Shown here: positions 25,234-32,802 of the stretch, in pieces
How the letters are laid out: each line of letters begins with the position of its first letter
Position numbering within the stretch: the first letter of the stretch is position 1
Assembly (NCBI GenBank): GCA_001515185.1
Contig: LQHI01000062.1
Coordinates: forward strand, 1 to 36,183
DNA: 36,183 nt
From: Hadesarchaea archaeon DG-33
GTDB lineage: Archaea > Hadarchaeota > Hadarchaeia > Hadarchaeales > Hadarchaeaceae
Direction of reading: 5' to 3'
The notes under the pieces: model-generated
What the model was told of the DNA's origin: nothing
Seen by the model: the letters and a program-made list of their open reading frames with translations, nothing else
Databases searched by the model: none
Position numbers and translations under genes: made by a program

Positions 25234-25959
25234 TTGAAGATGCTAAGGATAGAGAATCTAACTGTAGAAATCGCGGGAAAACGGGTGCTCGGAGGAGTTA
25301 ACCTAGAGGTACCCAAAGGGGAGATCCACGTTTTGCTCGGGCCCAACGGATCCGGGAAGACCTCGCTGATAACGTCAATTTTGGGCTTCCCGAGTTGCCA
25401 CATTCTATCTGGCAATATTCGTTTCAATGGCACTGACATCACCACCATGCCAACGGATGAGCGCGTGAAGCTAGGCATCGGGGTGGCCTTCCAAAACCCC
25501 CCGCAAATAAGAGGTGTCAAACTGGGCGATGTTTTGCGACACCTCACCAAGGGAAAAATCGATGAAGTAAAGCTGGCAGGAACTACAAATATTCCCGTGG
25601 ATTTTTTCGGCAGAGATTTGAATTTGGGATTCTCCGGAGGCGAGCTCAAGCGGACGGAGATTCTACAGTTGCTCGCCCAACGACCAGATTTTGCGATATT
25701 CGATGAGCCCGACTCAGGAGTAGATGTTGAGAATCTAGAGGTCATAGGCAAGGCAATCAACGAATTCCTCAAGAACCGATCTGGCCTGTTGATAACCCAC
25801 CTCGGCCACATCCTGCGCTACTTAAAAGTGGACAAAGCCCATGTGATGTTTTATGGAACGATCGCCTGCTCTGGAAAGCCGACCAATATTATCAACCGAA
25901 TCATGAAAAAAGGCTACAAGTGGTGTGAGCGATGCCCAAAGGTAAAAAAACTACGCTGA
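25234..25959 (+). CDS. sufC: Fe-S cluster assembly ATPase SufC
   Basis: Walker A GPNGSGKTSL, ABC signature FSGGELKRTEILQLL, Walker B FDEPDSGVDV and H-loop ITH. Followed by sufB. The start may be ATG 25240. Confidence 0.9.
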   Translation: MKMLRIENLTVEIAGKRVLGGVNLEVPKGEIHVLLGPNGSGKTSLITSILGFPSCHILSGNIRFNGTDITTMPTDERVKLGIGVAFQNPPQIRGVKLGDVLRHLTKGKIDEVKLAGTTNIPVDFFGRDLNLGFSGGELKRTEILQLLAQRPDFAIFDEPDSGVDVENLEVIGKAINEFLKNRSGLLITHLGHILRYLKVDKAHVMFYGTIACSGKPTNIINRIMKKGYKWCERCPKVKKLR

Positions 25960-27155
25960 AGGCGATCGAAAAGCCAGCGGCGTTTGGGCCTGACTTAGAT
26001 GTGGAGGCTTTCAAAAGAGAAACTTCCTATTGGCCCGCATGTAAGATTTCGACGCTGCCCCGAGATATAGCCCAAAGAGCATTGAGCGTTGGCATTAGTA
26101 CTGAGGAAAAGGAAAGAGCGGGCACATATTTTCAAATAGATCACTCTGCGATTCTTCAAACAATTCGAGAAACTTTCAGCGGAAAAGCTGAGATAATGAG
26201 CACCAAAAAAGCCCTCAAAAAATACCGCTGGGCCAAGGAGTACTGGTGGGAAATTGTTGACGCCAATACCGACAAATTCACCGCTTTAGCCAAGCTAAAG
26301 TGGGACCAAGGCTATTTCATCCGAGTGTTGGAAGGCCAAAAAATCACTATCCCCCTGCAAGCGTGCCTTTTCATCTCGAAAGACAATTTCAACCAAAACG
26401 TTCACAACTTGATAATAGCAGAACCCAACTCGGAAGCTCAGATAATAACTGGCTGCACGGTCCACCCAAACGTTCAAAGCGGTCTGCATGTGGGCATTTC
26501 CGAATTTTACGTGCAGAAAAACGCGAAGCTCACTTTCACCATGATTCACAACTGGGCCCAAAATTTCAATGTTCGACCTCGAACCGCGGCCCTCGTGGAC
26601 GATGATGCAACATTTGTGAGCAATTACATGTGTATGAAACCGGTGAAAAGCCTTCAAATGTACCCTGTTGCTTACTGCAAGGGAGCTAACTCGAGAGTCA
26701 GATTCAATACAATCCTACACGGGAACCAAAATTCCCATTTAGATGTGGGCTCGAAAGTGGTCCTCCAAGGCAAAGGGAGCAGGGGGGAAATCATCACGCG
26801 GGCGATAGCCTCGGACAACGCACAGATAAATGCCCGTGGGCTATTGGTTGGGGAACATGAGGACAGCAAGGCGCATCTTGAATGCAGGGGACTTTTGCTC
26901 TCTGATGAAGCCTACATTCACGCGATTCCGGAGTTGGTAGGGAACGTGAAGGGGACCGAGCTTTCACATGAGGCTGCTGTAGGAAAGATAGCGGAAGAGC
27001 AGATTCAGTACTTGATGGCGAGGGGTTTCTCGCAGACTGAGGCCGAATCGCTGATTATCCGAGGGTTCATGGATATTAACATCTTCGGACTTCCAGATGC
27101 CCTAAAAAGGGATGTCAAGCGGATGATAGATGCAACCTTCGGTGGAGCTTTGTAA
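25932..27155 (+). CDS. sufB: Fe-S cluster assembly scaffold SufB/SufD family protein
   Basis: The C-terminal beta-helix region HEAAVGKIAEEQIQYLMARGFSQTEAESLIIRGF is the SufBD signature. Overlaps the sufC 3' end by 28 nt. Confidence 0.85.
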   Translation: MPKGKKTTLKAIEKPAAFGPDLDVEAFKRETSYWPACKISTLPRDIAQRALSVGISTEEKERAGTYFQIDHSAILQTIRETFSGKAEIMSTKKALKKYRWAKEYWWEIVDANTDKFTALAKLKWDQGYFIRVLEGQKITIPLQACLFISKDNFNQNVHNLIIAEPNSEAQIITGCTVHPNVQSGLHVGISEFYVQKNAKLTFTMIHNWAQNFNVRPRTAALVDDDATFVSNYMCMKPVKSLQMYPVAYCKGANSRVRFNTILHGNQNSHLDVGSKVVLQGKGSRGEIITRAIASDNAQINARGLLVGEHEDSKAHLECRGLLLSDEAYIHAIPELVGNVKGTELSHEAAVGKIAEEQIQYLMARGFSQTEAESLIIRGFMDINIFGLPDALKRDVKRMIDATFGGAL

Positions 27156-27198
27156 GGTGGGGTGAAAAATATAAAAGTCAAAATTCTTAACTACACAG

Positions 27199-27663
27199 GT
27201 GACCTTGAAGGTGGATAACATGGTCGGATTTGAACCAAAAATCATCGTTTTTCTTTGCAATTTCTGCTCCTACGCTGCAGCTGACCTCGCTGGAACGAGT
27301 CGCATGCGTTATCCGCCTAGCGTCTACATCATCAGGCTGATGTGCACTGGGCGGCTAGATCCCGTTCACATTCTAGAAACTTTTAAACGAGGTGCGGATG
27401 GGGTGTTGGTCGCTGGATGCCACTTCGGAGACTGTCATTTCATCTCTGGAAACTACAAGGCTCAGCGGAGAGTTGCCCTGCTCAAGCGAATACTAGAGCA
27501 GTTAGGGGTAGAACCGGGGAGGCTCAAGTTCGAAACAATGTCAGCTGGAGAGGCTGAACGGTTCGTTAAAACTGTTACGGGATTTGTTGATGAGATTACA
27601 AAGTTGGGGCCTTGTAAAGTATCGACCCAAGTTTCTGAAAAAGTTTCATCACCAAGCCACTGA
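27199..27663 (+). CDS. mvhD: MvhD/FlpD-type hydrogenase iron-sulfur (delta) subunit
   Basis: EPKIIVFLCNFCSYAAADLAG...RLMCTGRLDP...GADGVLVAGCHFGDCHF is the MvhD signature. The likely start is ATG 27220, preceded by GGTGGA. Confidence 0.85.
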   Translation: MTLKVDNMVGFEPKIIVFLCNFCSYAAADLAGTSRMRYPPSVYIIRLMCTGRLDPVHILETFKRGADGVLVAGCHFGDCHFISGNYKAQRRVALLKRILEQLGVEPGRLKFETMSAGEAERFVKTVTGFVDEITKLGPCKVSTQVSEKVSSPSH

Positions 27664-27717
27664 TATTGAGTTATGAAAAAGCAATTCGAAGTTCAAAAGT
27701 ACGATGCATTATTTCTT

Positions 27718-28215
27718 TTAGGGGAGAACTCTCGACAAAAAACTTGATAAGCGCTCAACGGTTCCTTCCAATTCTTTTGTAAAACCTTCTCCAAAACTAG
27801 TGTCCTTTGGTTGCACGGCGAGCAAAGCGACCTTAGCACCAGTTGCCTCCGTTAGGAATTCTCGAAATATCTGATGAGTTAGAGCGTGAGTCAATACCGC
27901 TGGCCACGAGATCCGATTTAGTTCAATCAACCTTGAAGAACCAGGTTCTAGGCCTAGTTGAGCCGCGTTGACAAGTAGTATGTGGGTTGGCTTGAAGTGA
28001 ATAATCGGTTCTAAAAAATTCTCAGGGGACATTTCACACTCTATTAAATGAACCGATCGCGAAACTTTCCCTCGTAGTTTTTTCACGATTCCAACCCCTA
28101 TGAAATCATCTTTTCGAATCGAGCTTCCAATACCTGCGATGACAACCCTTCGGGCATCTAGAAGCCACTTCCTGAGTTTCTCGTTGAAATCATTTTGGAT
28201 CGCATATTTTTCCAT
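27718..28215 (-). CDS. [NiFe]-hydrogenase maturation endopeptidase (HycI/HybD/FrhD family)
   Basis: VVIAGIGSSIRKDDFIGVGIV aligns with GxGNxxxxD(D/E)GxG. PTHILLVNAAQLGLEPGS aligns with HycI PTRLLIVDATDMGLNPGE. LTHQ supplies the His ligand. Lies directly downstream of mvhA. Confidence 0.8.
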   Translation of the reverse strand: MEKYAIQNDFNEKLRKWLLDARRVVIAGIGSSIRKDDFIGVGIVKKLRGKVSRSVHLIECEMSPENFLEPIIHFKPTHILLVNAAQLGLEPGSSRLIELNRISWPAVLTHALTHQIFREFLTEATGAKVALLAVQPKDTSFGEGFTKELEGTVERLSSFLSRVLP

Positions 28216-28268
28216 TTGACTTCCCCGTTGGGATAGTTCGCTAACTTATGCGACACAAAAAGATATCC

Positions 28269-29756
28269 CTAAAAGTGTTTAAAGCCAAGAGGTTCTCTCA
28301 CAACGGTTTTTATTAAACTCCGACTATCATCGTATATTTTTATTTCAAGGGGCAAATCGCCTATGTGGCAGTGAGAGGCGCATGCTATACATGGATCATA
28401 AGCTCTCAAAGCCATCTCCACCATGTTTAGTAGCCCCTCGCTTACTTCTTTACCATGGATGAGCCCCTTCGCTGCATCCCTTACGGACATGCAGATGGAT
28501 GGATTGTTGCTGGTTGTAGGGACTATCAGATTTACCTTTTCGGTCAGGCCCTCTTCGTTAAGATTGTAATGGTGGATTAATGTGCCCCTCGCCGCTTCGA
28601 CTATTCCGATTCCTTCTCCCGGGGCACCTGGCTCGTTTCGAATTTCCTTGCTCGTTATCTCTTCGTCTTGACTGAGATCTAGGCATCTTTCGGCCGCATA
28701 AAGTATTTCTATCAGCCTAGCCCAGTGGAACGCGAGAGTTGAGTGAACGGGCTTCCCGCCTAGGGTTTCGTACATCCTCTCATACTCTTGCTGGGCTAGG
28801 GGGGTTGCCATACCATCCGCGGCGTTCAGTCTGGCCAAGGGACCAACTCTGTAAACCCCACTGCTAGGTCCATCCCTCAAGCCTTTCCATCCGATTTTTT
28901 TGAGATAAGGCAGTTTTACGTAACTCCATTCCTCAACGTGCTCCTCGATGATGTCCAAGTACTCGGATGGATCAAACTTCACGAACTCTTGGCCCCCGGG
29001 ATTAACCACACGTATTTTGCCATCGTAAAAGTTGACCTTGTTGTTTGGGTCTACTAGCCCCATGTAATAGGTCTTTAAAGTGTAAGCGTCACTCATAATC
29101 AGATCAACATATTTCTCATTTTTCAATACAACATCGTCGAATAACTTCAAGCTAAACTTGGCAAATTCAATGTAGGACTTCGCTATCTTTTCGATTTCTT
29201 TCCTTTCTTCCTCCGTCAACGGCTTGGACATGCCCCCCGGAAGCCCGCAAACCGGGTGGGTCGCCTTTCCACCGATTATCTCGGTGATTTTTTGTCCGTA
29301 AGCCCGATGCTTTATCACTTCCTTGGCGACGTTTAAGCCGACCTTTTTGATCATACCGAAAATGTTTCTTTCCTCAGGGGGGGCATCGGGCCCCACAACG
29401 AAGTCCGGCGCAGCTAGGAAGTAGAAGTGGAGGATGTGATCGTACATGAAGTAGCCGCTGTACATGAGCTCCCGAAGTTTTTTCGCAGCTGGAGGGGGAT
29501 CCACACAAAACGCCGTATCCAAAGCTTTCGTAGAAGCGAGATGATGGGCAACTGGACATACCCCGCAAATTCTTGAGAGCAGTTGTGGGAGATCTTCAGC
29601 TTTCCTTCCCTCACAGAATCTTTCAAAACCCCTGAGTTCAGGGATCTGTAAATAGGCGTTTTTCACTTCCCCTTTCTCATCTTGAAATATCACTATTTTT
29701 GCATGACCCTCAAGCCTCGTAACGGGCTCTATGCTTATTGTCTTAAATCCGCTCAT
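28269..29756 (-). CDS. mvhA: [NiFe]-hydrogenase large subunit, F420-non-reducing (Mvh/Vhu, group 3c-like)
   Basis: N-terminal RLEGH and RICGVCPVAH (RxCGxCxxxH). C-terminal DPCIACASH (DPCxxCxxH), followed by a 33-aa tail presumably removed by the adjacent protease. Confidence 0.9.
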   Translation of the reverse strand: MSGFKTISIEPVTRLEGHAKIVIFQDEKGEVKNAYLQIPELRGFERFCEGRKAEDLPQLLSRICGVCPVAHHLASTKALDTAFCVDPPPAAKKLRELMYSGYFMYDHILHFYFLAAPDFVVGPDAPPEERNIFGMIKKVGLNVAKEVIKHRAYGQKITEIIGGKATHPVCGLPGGMSKPLTEEERKEIEKIAKSYIEFAKFSLKLFDDVVLKNEKYVDLIMSDAYTLKTYYMGLVDPNNKVNFYDGKIRVVNPGGQEFVKFDPSEYLDIIEEHVEEWSYVKLPYLKKIGWKGLRDGPSSGVYRVGPLARLNAADGMATPLAQQEYERMYETLGGKPVHSTLAFHWARLIEILYAAERCLDLSQDEEITSKEIRNEPGAPGEGIGIVEAARGTLIHHYNLNEEGLTEKVNLIVPTTSNNPSICMSVRDAAKGLIHGKEVSEGLLNMVEMALRAYDPCIACASHCHIGDLPLEIKIYDDSRSLIKTVVREPLGFKHF

Positions 29757-30745
29757 TTCCGAATCCTCCTTCGGATGAGGGCTGCCGGCAGCGAGTACCA
29801 GTAAAAAGTCCCTAGGGGATCTTTGATTTGGTTGATCAATTTTTCGGCATCATATGATTCTCCTTTTTCCTCATCCAATCCGAGGATCGAAGAGAGAGCA
29901 CTTATCATGGACGCTCCCTGCTCGATTTCATTGGGACATGGACCCCCGCATCCTGTACAAGGCATATTCGCGTTGATGCATCGTGCCTCGCACCCTCCAC
30001 GGGTTGCAGGCCCCATGCATATTATCCCTTGCTCCAAAAAGCATTTTTCCGGATCCGGCGTGATTTCGTGTACCCGATATAACTTGGAGATACCCTTCTC
30101 TTTTTTTTCCCTCGGGCATTCATCGCAAACCGATTTCTCGGGAGCTAACACCGAACCTTTCGCGGGCAACTCATTTTTGGCTATGGCTTCCACGGCTTTC
30201 ACTATCAAGTTTGGGTGCGGAGGACAACCGGGGATGTAGTAGTCCACCTCCACGGTTTGATCTAGCGTCCTCACAGTATCATAAAACTCGGGCAGGGTTA
30301 GTTCCCCGCATTCGACTTTAACAGCAGTTTTAGGGGTTGTGATATCAGGATTTTTTGTTGATGGAGTTCGAATGTATACCTTCTCGAAAATCTCTTTTTT
30401 GTTCGAAATGTTCGCAAGACCTGGAACGCCACCTAGGTGAGCGCAGGCGCCAAACGCTATCAAAAGCTTTGACTTCCGCCTCAGAAGTTTGGCCATGTGT
30501 TCTTGCTCTTCAGTCCTGACCGAACCATTAAAGAAACAGACGTCTATGCTCTTGTCCGGCATCGCGTCTACGTCCTTGTACTTGACGTCCATAGCAACAG
30601 GCCAAAAGACCACCTCAGCGATGGTAACCACATCCAGAATCTTCTCGTTTATATCGAGAACCGCGATCTCACAGCCTCCACAACTGCCAGCCCAGTAGAA
30701 GGCAAATTTCAACTTTTTTGGTTCCTCACTCCTTATTTTTTTCAA
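29753..30745 (-). CDS. mvhG: [NiFe]-hydrogenase small subunit (MvhG-like)
   Basis: WAGSCGGCEIAVLD, GACAHLGGVPG and PGCPP, plus distal cluster cysteines (CEARCINANMPCTGCGGPC). TTG start with GAGGTG 5 nt upstream. 4-nt overlap with mvhA. Confidence 0.9.
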   Translation of the reverse strand: MKKIRSEEPKKLKFAFYWAGSCGGCEIAVLDINEKILDVVTIAEVVFWPVAMDVKYKDVDAMPDKSIDVCFFNGSVRTEEQEHMAKLLRRKSKLLIAFGACAHLGGVPGLANISNKKEIFEKVYIRTPSTKNPDITTPKTAVKVECGELTLPEFYDTVRTLDQTVEVDYYIPGCPPHPNLIVKAVEAIAKNELPAKGSVLAPEKSVCDECPREKKEKGISKLYRVHEITPDPEKCFLEQGIICMGPATRGGCEARCINANMPCTGCGGPCPNEIEQGASMISALSSILGLDEEKGESYDAEKLINQIKDPLGTFYWYSLPAALIRRRIRK

Positions 30746-30843
30746 ACGGCCACCTCAACCTTTTAGTCAGGACGACTTTTAAACCATGATGGTAATAAGT
30801 AAAAAGATTAAATCAAGGTGGAATTCACTACTAGCGTGATTTC

Positions 30844-32802
30844 ATGGGAGATAGAAACGTGAAAACAGGCGTGTACATTTGTCATTGTGGGTTAAATATA
30901 GCTGCTACCGTTGACGTTGAAGAAGTGGTGAAACATGCTAAGTCTTTGCCAAATGTGGTGATCGCTAGGGATTATAAGTACATGTGCTCTGACCCAGGAC
31001 AGGAGTTAATCAAGAAGGATATAGAGGAAGCCGGACTCAATCGTGTAGTCGTGGCGAGCTGTTCTCCAAGGATGCACGAACCCACATTCAGAAAGGTCGT
31101 GGAAGATAAGAAACTTAACCCCTACTGCTTCGAGATGGCGAATATAAGAGAGCAGTGTTCTTGGGTCCATGAAGACAAAGAAAAAGCCACTGAAAAGGCC
31201 AAGAAATTGATTGCAGGCGCTGTGGCAAGAGCTACCGAACTTCAGCCGCTAGAGAGGAGAGAAGTAGATGTAATACCGAAAGCTTTGGTGATTGGAGGAG
31301 GAATTGCCGGGATTCAAGCGGCATTGGAGATAGCGGAAAATGGGATATACACATACCTCGTGGAGCGCTCACCCTCCATCGGGGGAAGGATGGCCCAACT
31401 CGACAAAACCTTTCCAACCCTAGATTGCTCTGCGTGCATCCTTACTCCCAAGATGGTGGACGTGAGCAGACATCCAAACATAGAACTCTTGAGTTATTCA
31501 GAGGTAGAGAGCGTTGAAGGCTACATCGGAAATTTCAAGGTGAAGGTTAAGAAAAAGCCAAGATATATCGACGAGGAAAAGTGCATCGGTTGTGGAGAAT
31601 GTGCTAAAGCTTGCTTGCTGAAGGGAAAGATTCCAAATGAATTCGATCTGAGTTTAGGAAAGAGGGGGGCAGCCTACATACCGTTTCCGCAGGCTGTGCC
31701 TTTGAAATACCTGATAGATCCTAAGCGTTGCCTATACCTTACGAGGGGAGTATGCGGGAAAAAGCCTGCTTGTAAAGCAGCGTGCCTCCGTGACGCTATC
31801 GATTTTGAACAACAAGAAAAGTCCATTGAACTCGAAGTAGGCGCGATAGTGGTCGCCACGGGCTTTGACTTGTTTGATCCCTCTCAGCTGCCTGAGTACG
31901 GGTACGGGAAGTACCCGGAGGTGATTACGGGGCTCGAGTTCGAGAGACTTAGCTCGGCTTCCGGTCCGACCAACGGAAAGATCGAAGTAAACGGGAAGGA
32001 GCCCAAGCGGGTGGCCTTCATCTCCTGCGTGGGGAGCAGGAAGAAAGAGACGAATCCCTATTGCTCACGGGTCTGCTGCATGTACACGGTCAAGCATGCT
32101 CACCTCGTTAAGGAGAAAATTCCGGATGCTGAAGTGACGATATACTACACGGATGTCAGGGCTTTTGGTAAGGGGTACGAGGAGTTCTACGATCGGGTCA
32201 AAGCTGAGGGGGTTAAATACAAGCGAAGGGAGCTGGACGACGAGATAAAGGTGAGCAAGAAAAGTGACAGACTCGTTGTGGACGCGAAGCCTCACGAGCC
32301 CGAAGAAGTAGACCTCGTGGTGCTGGCGAATGCAATAGTCCCGAGATCTGGAGTCTTAGAACTCGCCAGAACTTTGAACATTACCCGCGGTCCGGACGGC
32401 TTTTTCCTAGAAGCCCACCCAAAGCTTAGGCCAGTCGATACTTTTAGCGACGGTATTTTCCTTGCCGGCTGTGCCCAATCGCCCAAAGATATCCCGGATA
32501 CGGTAGCACAAGCAAGCGGCGCAGGCGCTAAAGCCTCTATACCTCTGGCAGCGGGAAAAGTCGCGATAGAGCCGATAGTAGCAATTGTGGACGAGGATCT
32601 ATGCAGCGGTTGTAGAGTGTGTGAACACCTTTGCGAGTTTAATGCCTTTGAATATGATAGAGAAAAACGCTTGGTGAGACTCAACGAAGTGCTTTGCAAG
32701 GGTTGCGGGGTTTGTGTAGCCGCTTGTCCGTCTAAGGCTATCTCTATGAAACATTACACGGACGTTCAACTTTCCGCTCAATTGGCAGGCCTGATATCAT
32801 GA
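30844..32802 (+). CDS. hdrA: Heterodisulfide reductase subunit A (canonical-length HdrA, 652 aa)
   Basis: N-terminal YICHCGLNIA...ASCSPRMHE, FAD site VIGGGIAGIQAALEIA, DKTFPTLDCSACILTPKM, an inserted ferredoxin domain (CIGCGECAKAC ... KRCLYLTRGVCGKKPACKAAC) and a C-terminal 2x[4Fe-4S] domain (CSGCRVCEHLCE, CKGCGVCVAACPS). Confidence 0.9.
   Translation: MGDRNVKTGVYICHCGLNIAATVDVEEVVKHAKSLPNVVIARDYKYMCSDPGQELIKKDIEEAGLNRVVVASCSPRMHEPTFRKVVEDKKLNPYCFEMANIREQCSWVHEDKEKATEKAKKLIAGAVARATELQPLERREVDVIPKALVIGGGIAGIQAALEIAENGIYTYLVERSPSIGGRMAQLDKTFPTLDCSACILTPKMVDVSRHPNIELLSYSEVESVEGYIGNFKVKVKKKPRYIDEEKCIGCGECAKACLLKGKIPNEFDLSLGKRGAAYIPFPQAVPLKYLIDPKRCLYLTRGVCGKKPACKAACLRDAIDFEQQEKSIELEVGAIVVATGFDLFDPSQLPEYGYGKYPEVITGLEFERLSSASGPTNGKIEVNGKEPKRVAFISCVGSRKKETNPYCSRVCCMYTVKHAHLVKEKIPDAEVTIYYTDVRAFGKGYEEFYDRVKAEGVKYKRRELDDEIKVSKKSDRLVVDAKPHEPEEVDLVVLANAIVPRSGVLELARTLNITRGPDGFFLEAHPKLRPVDTFSDGIFLAGCAQSPKDIPDTVAQASGAGAKASIPLAAGKVAIEPIVAIVDEDLCSGCRVCEHLCEFNAFEYDREKRLVRLNEVLCKGCGVCVAACPSKAISMKHYTDVQLSAQLAGLIS
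31354..31460 (+). repeat. Near-identical segment shared with 33294-33400 (hdrA1 versus hdrA2)
   Basis: By-eye alignment at a constant 1940-nt offset shows about 107 nt with 2 mismatches (at 31401 c/t and 31446 t/c), including synonymous positions. Confidence 0.8.

Noticed and set aside
25215-25811. 198-aa minus-strand ORF opposite sufC.
   Set aside because: Antisense to SufC, which has intact Walker A, Walker B and ABC signature motifs. Ser/Pro-rich shadow ORF.
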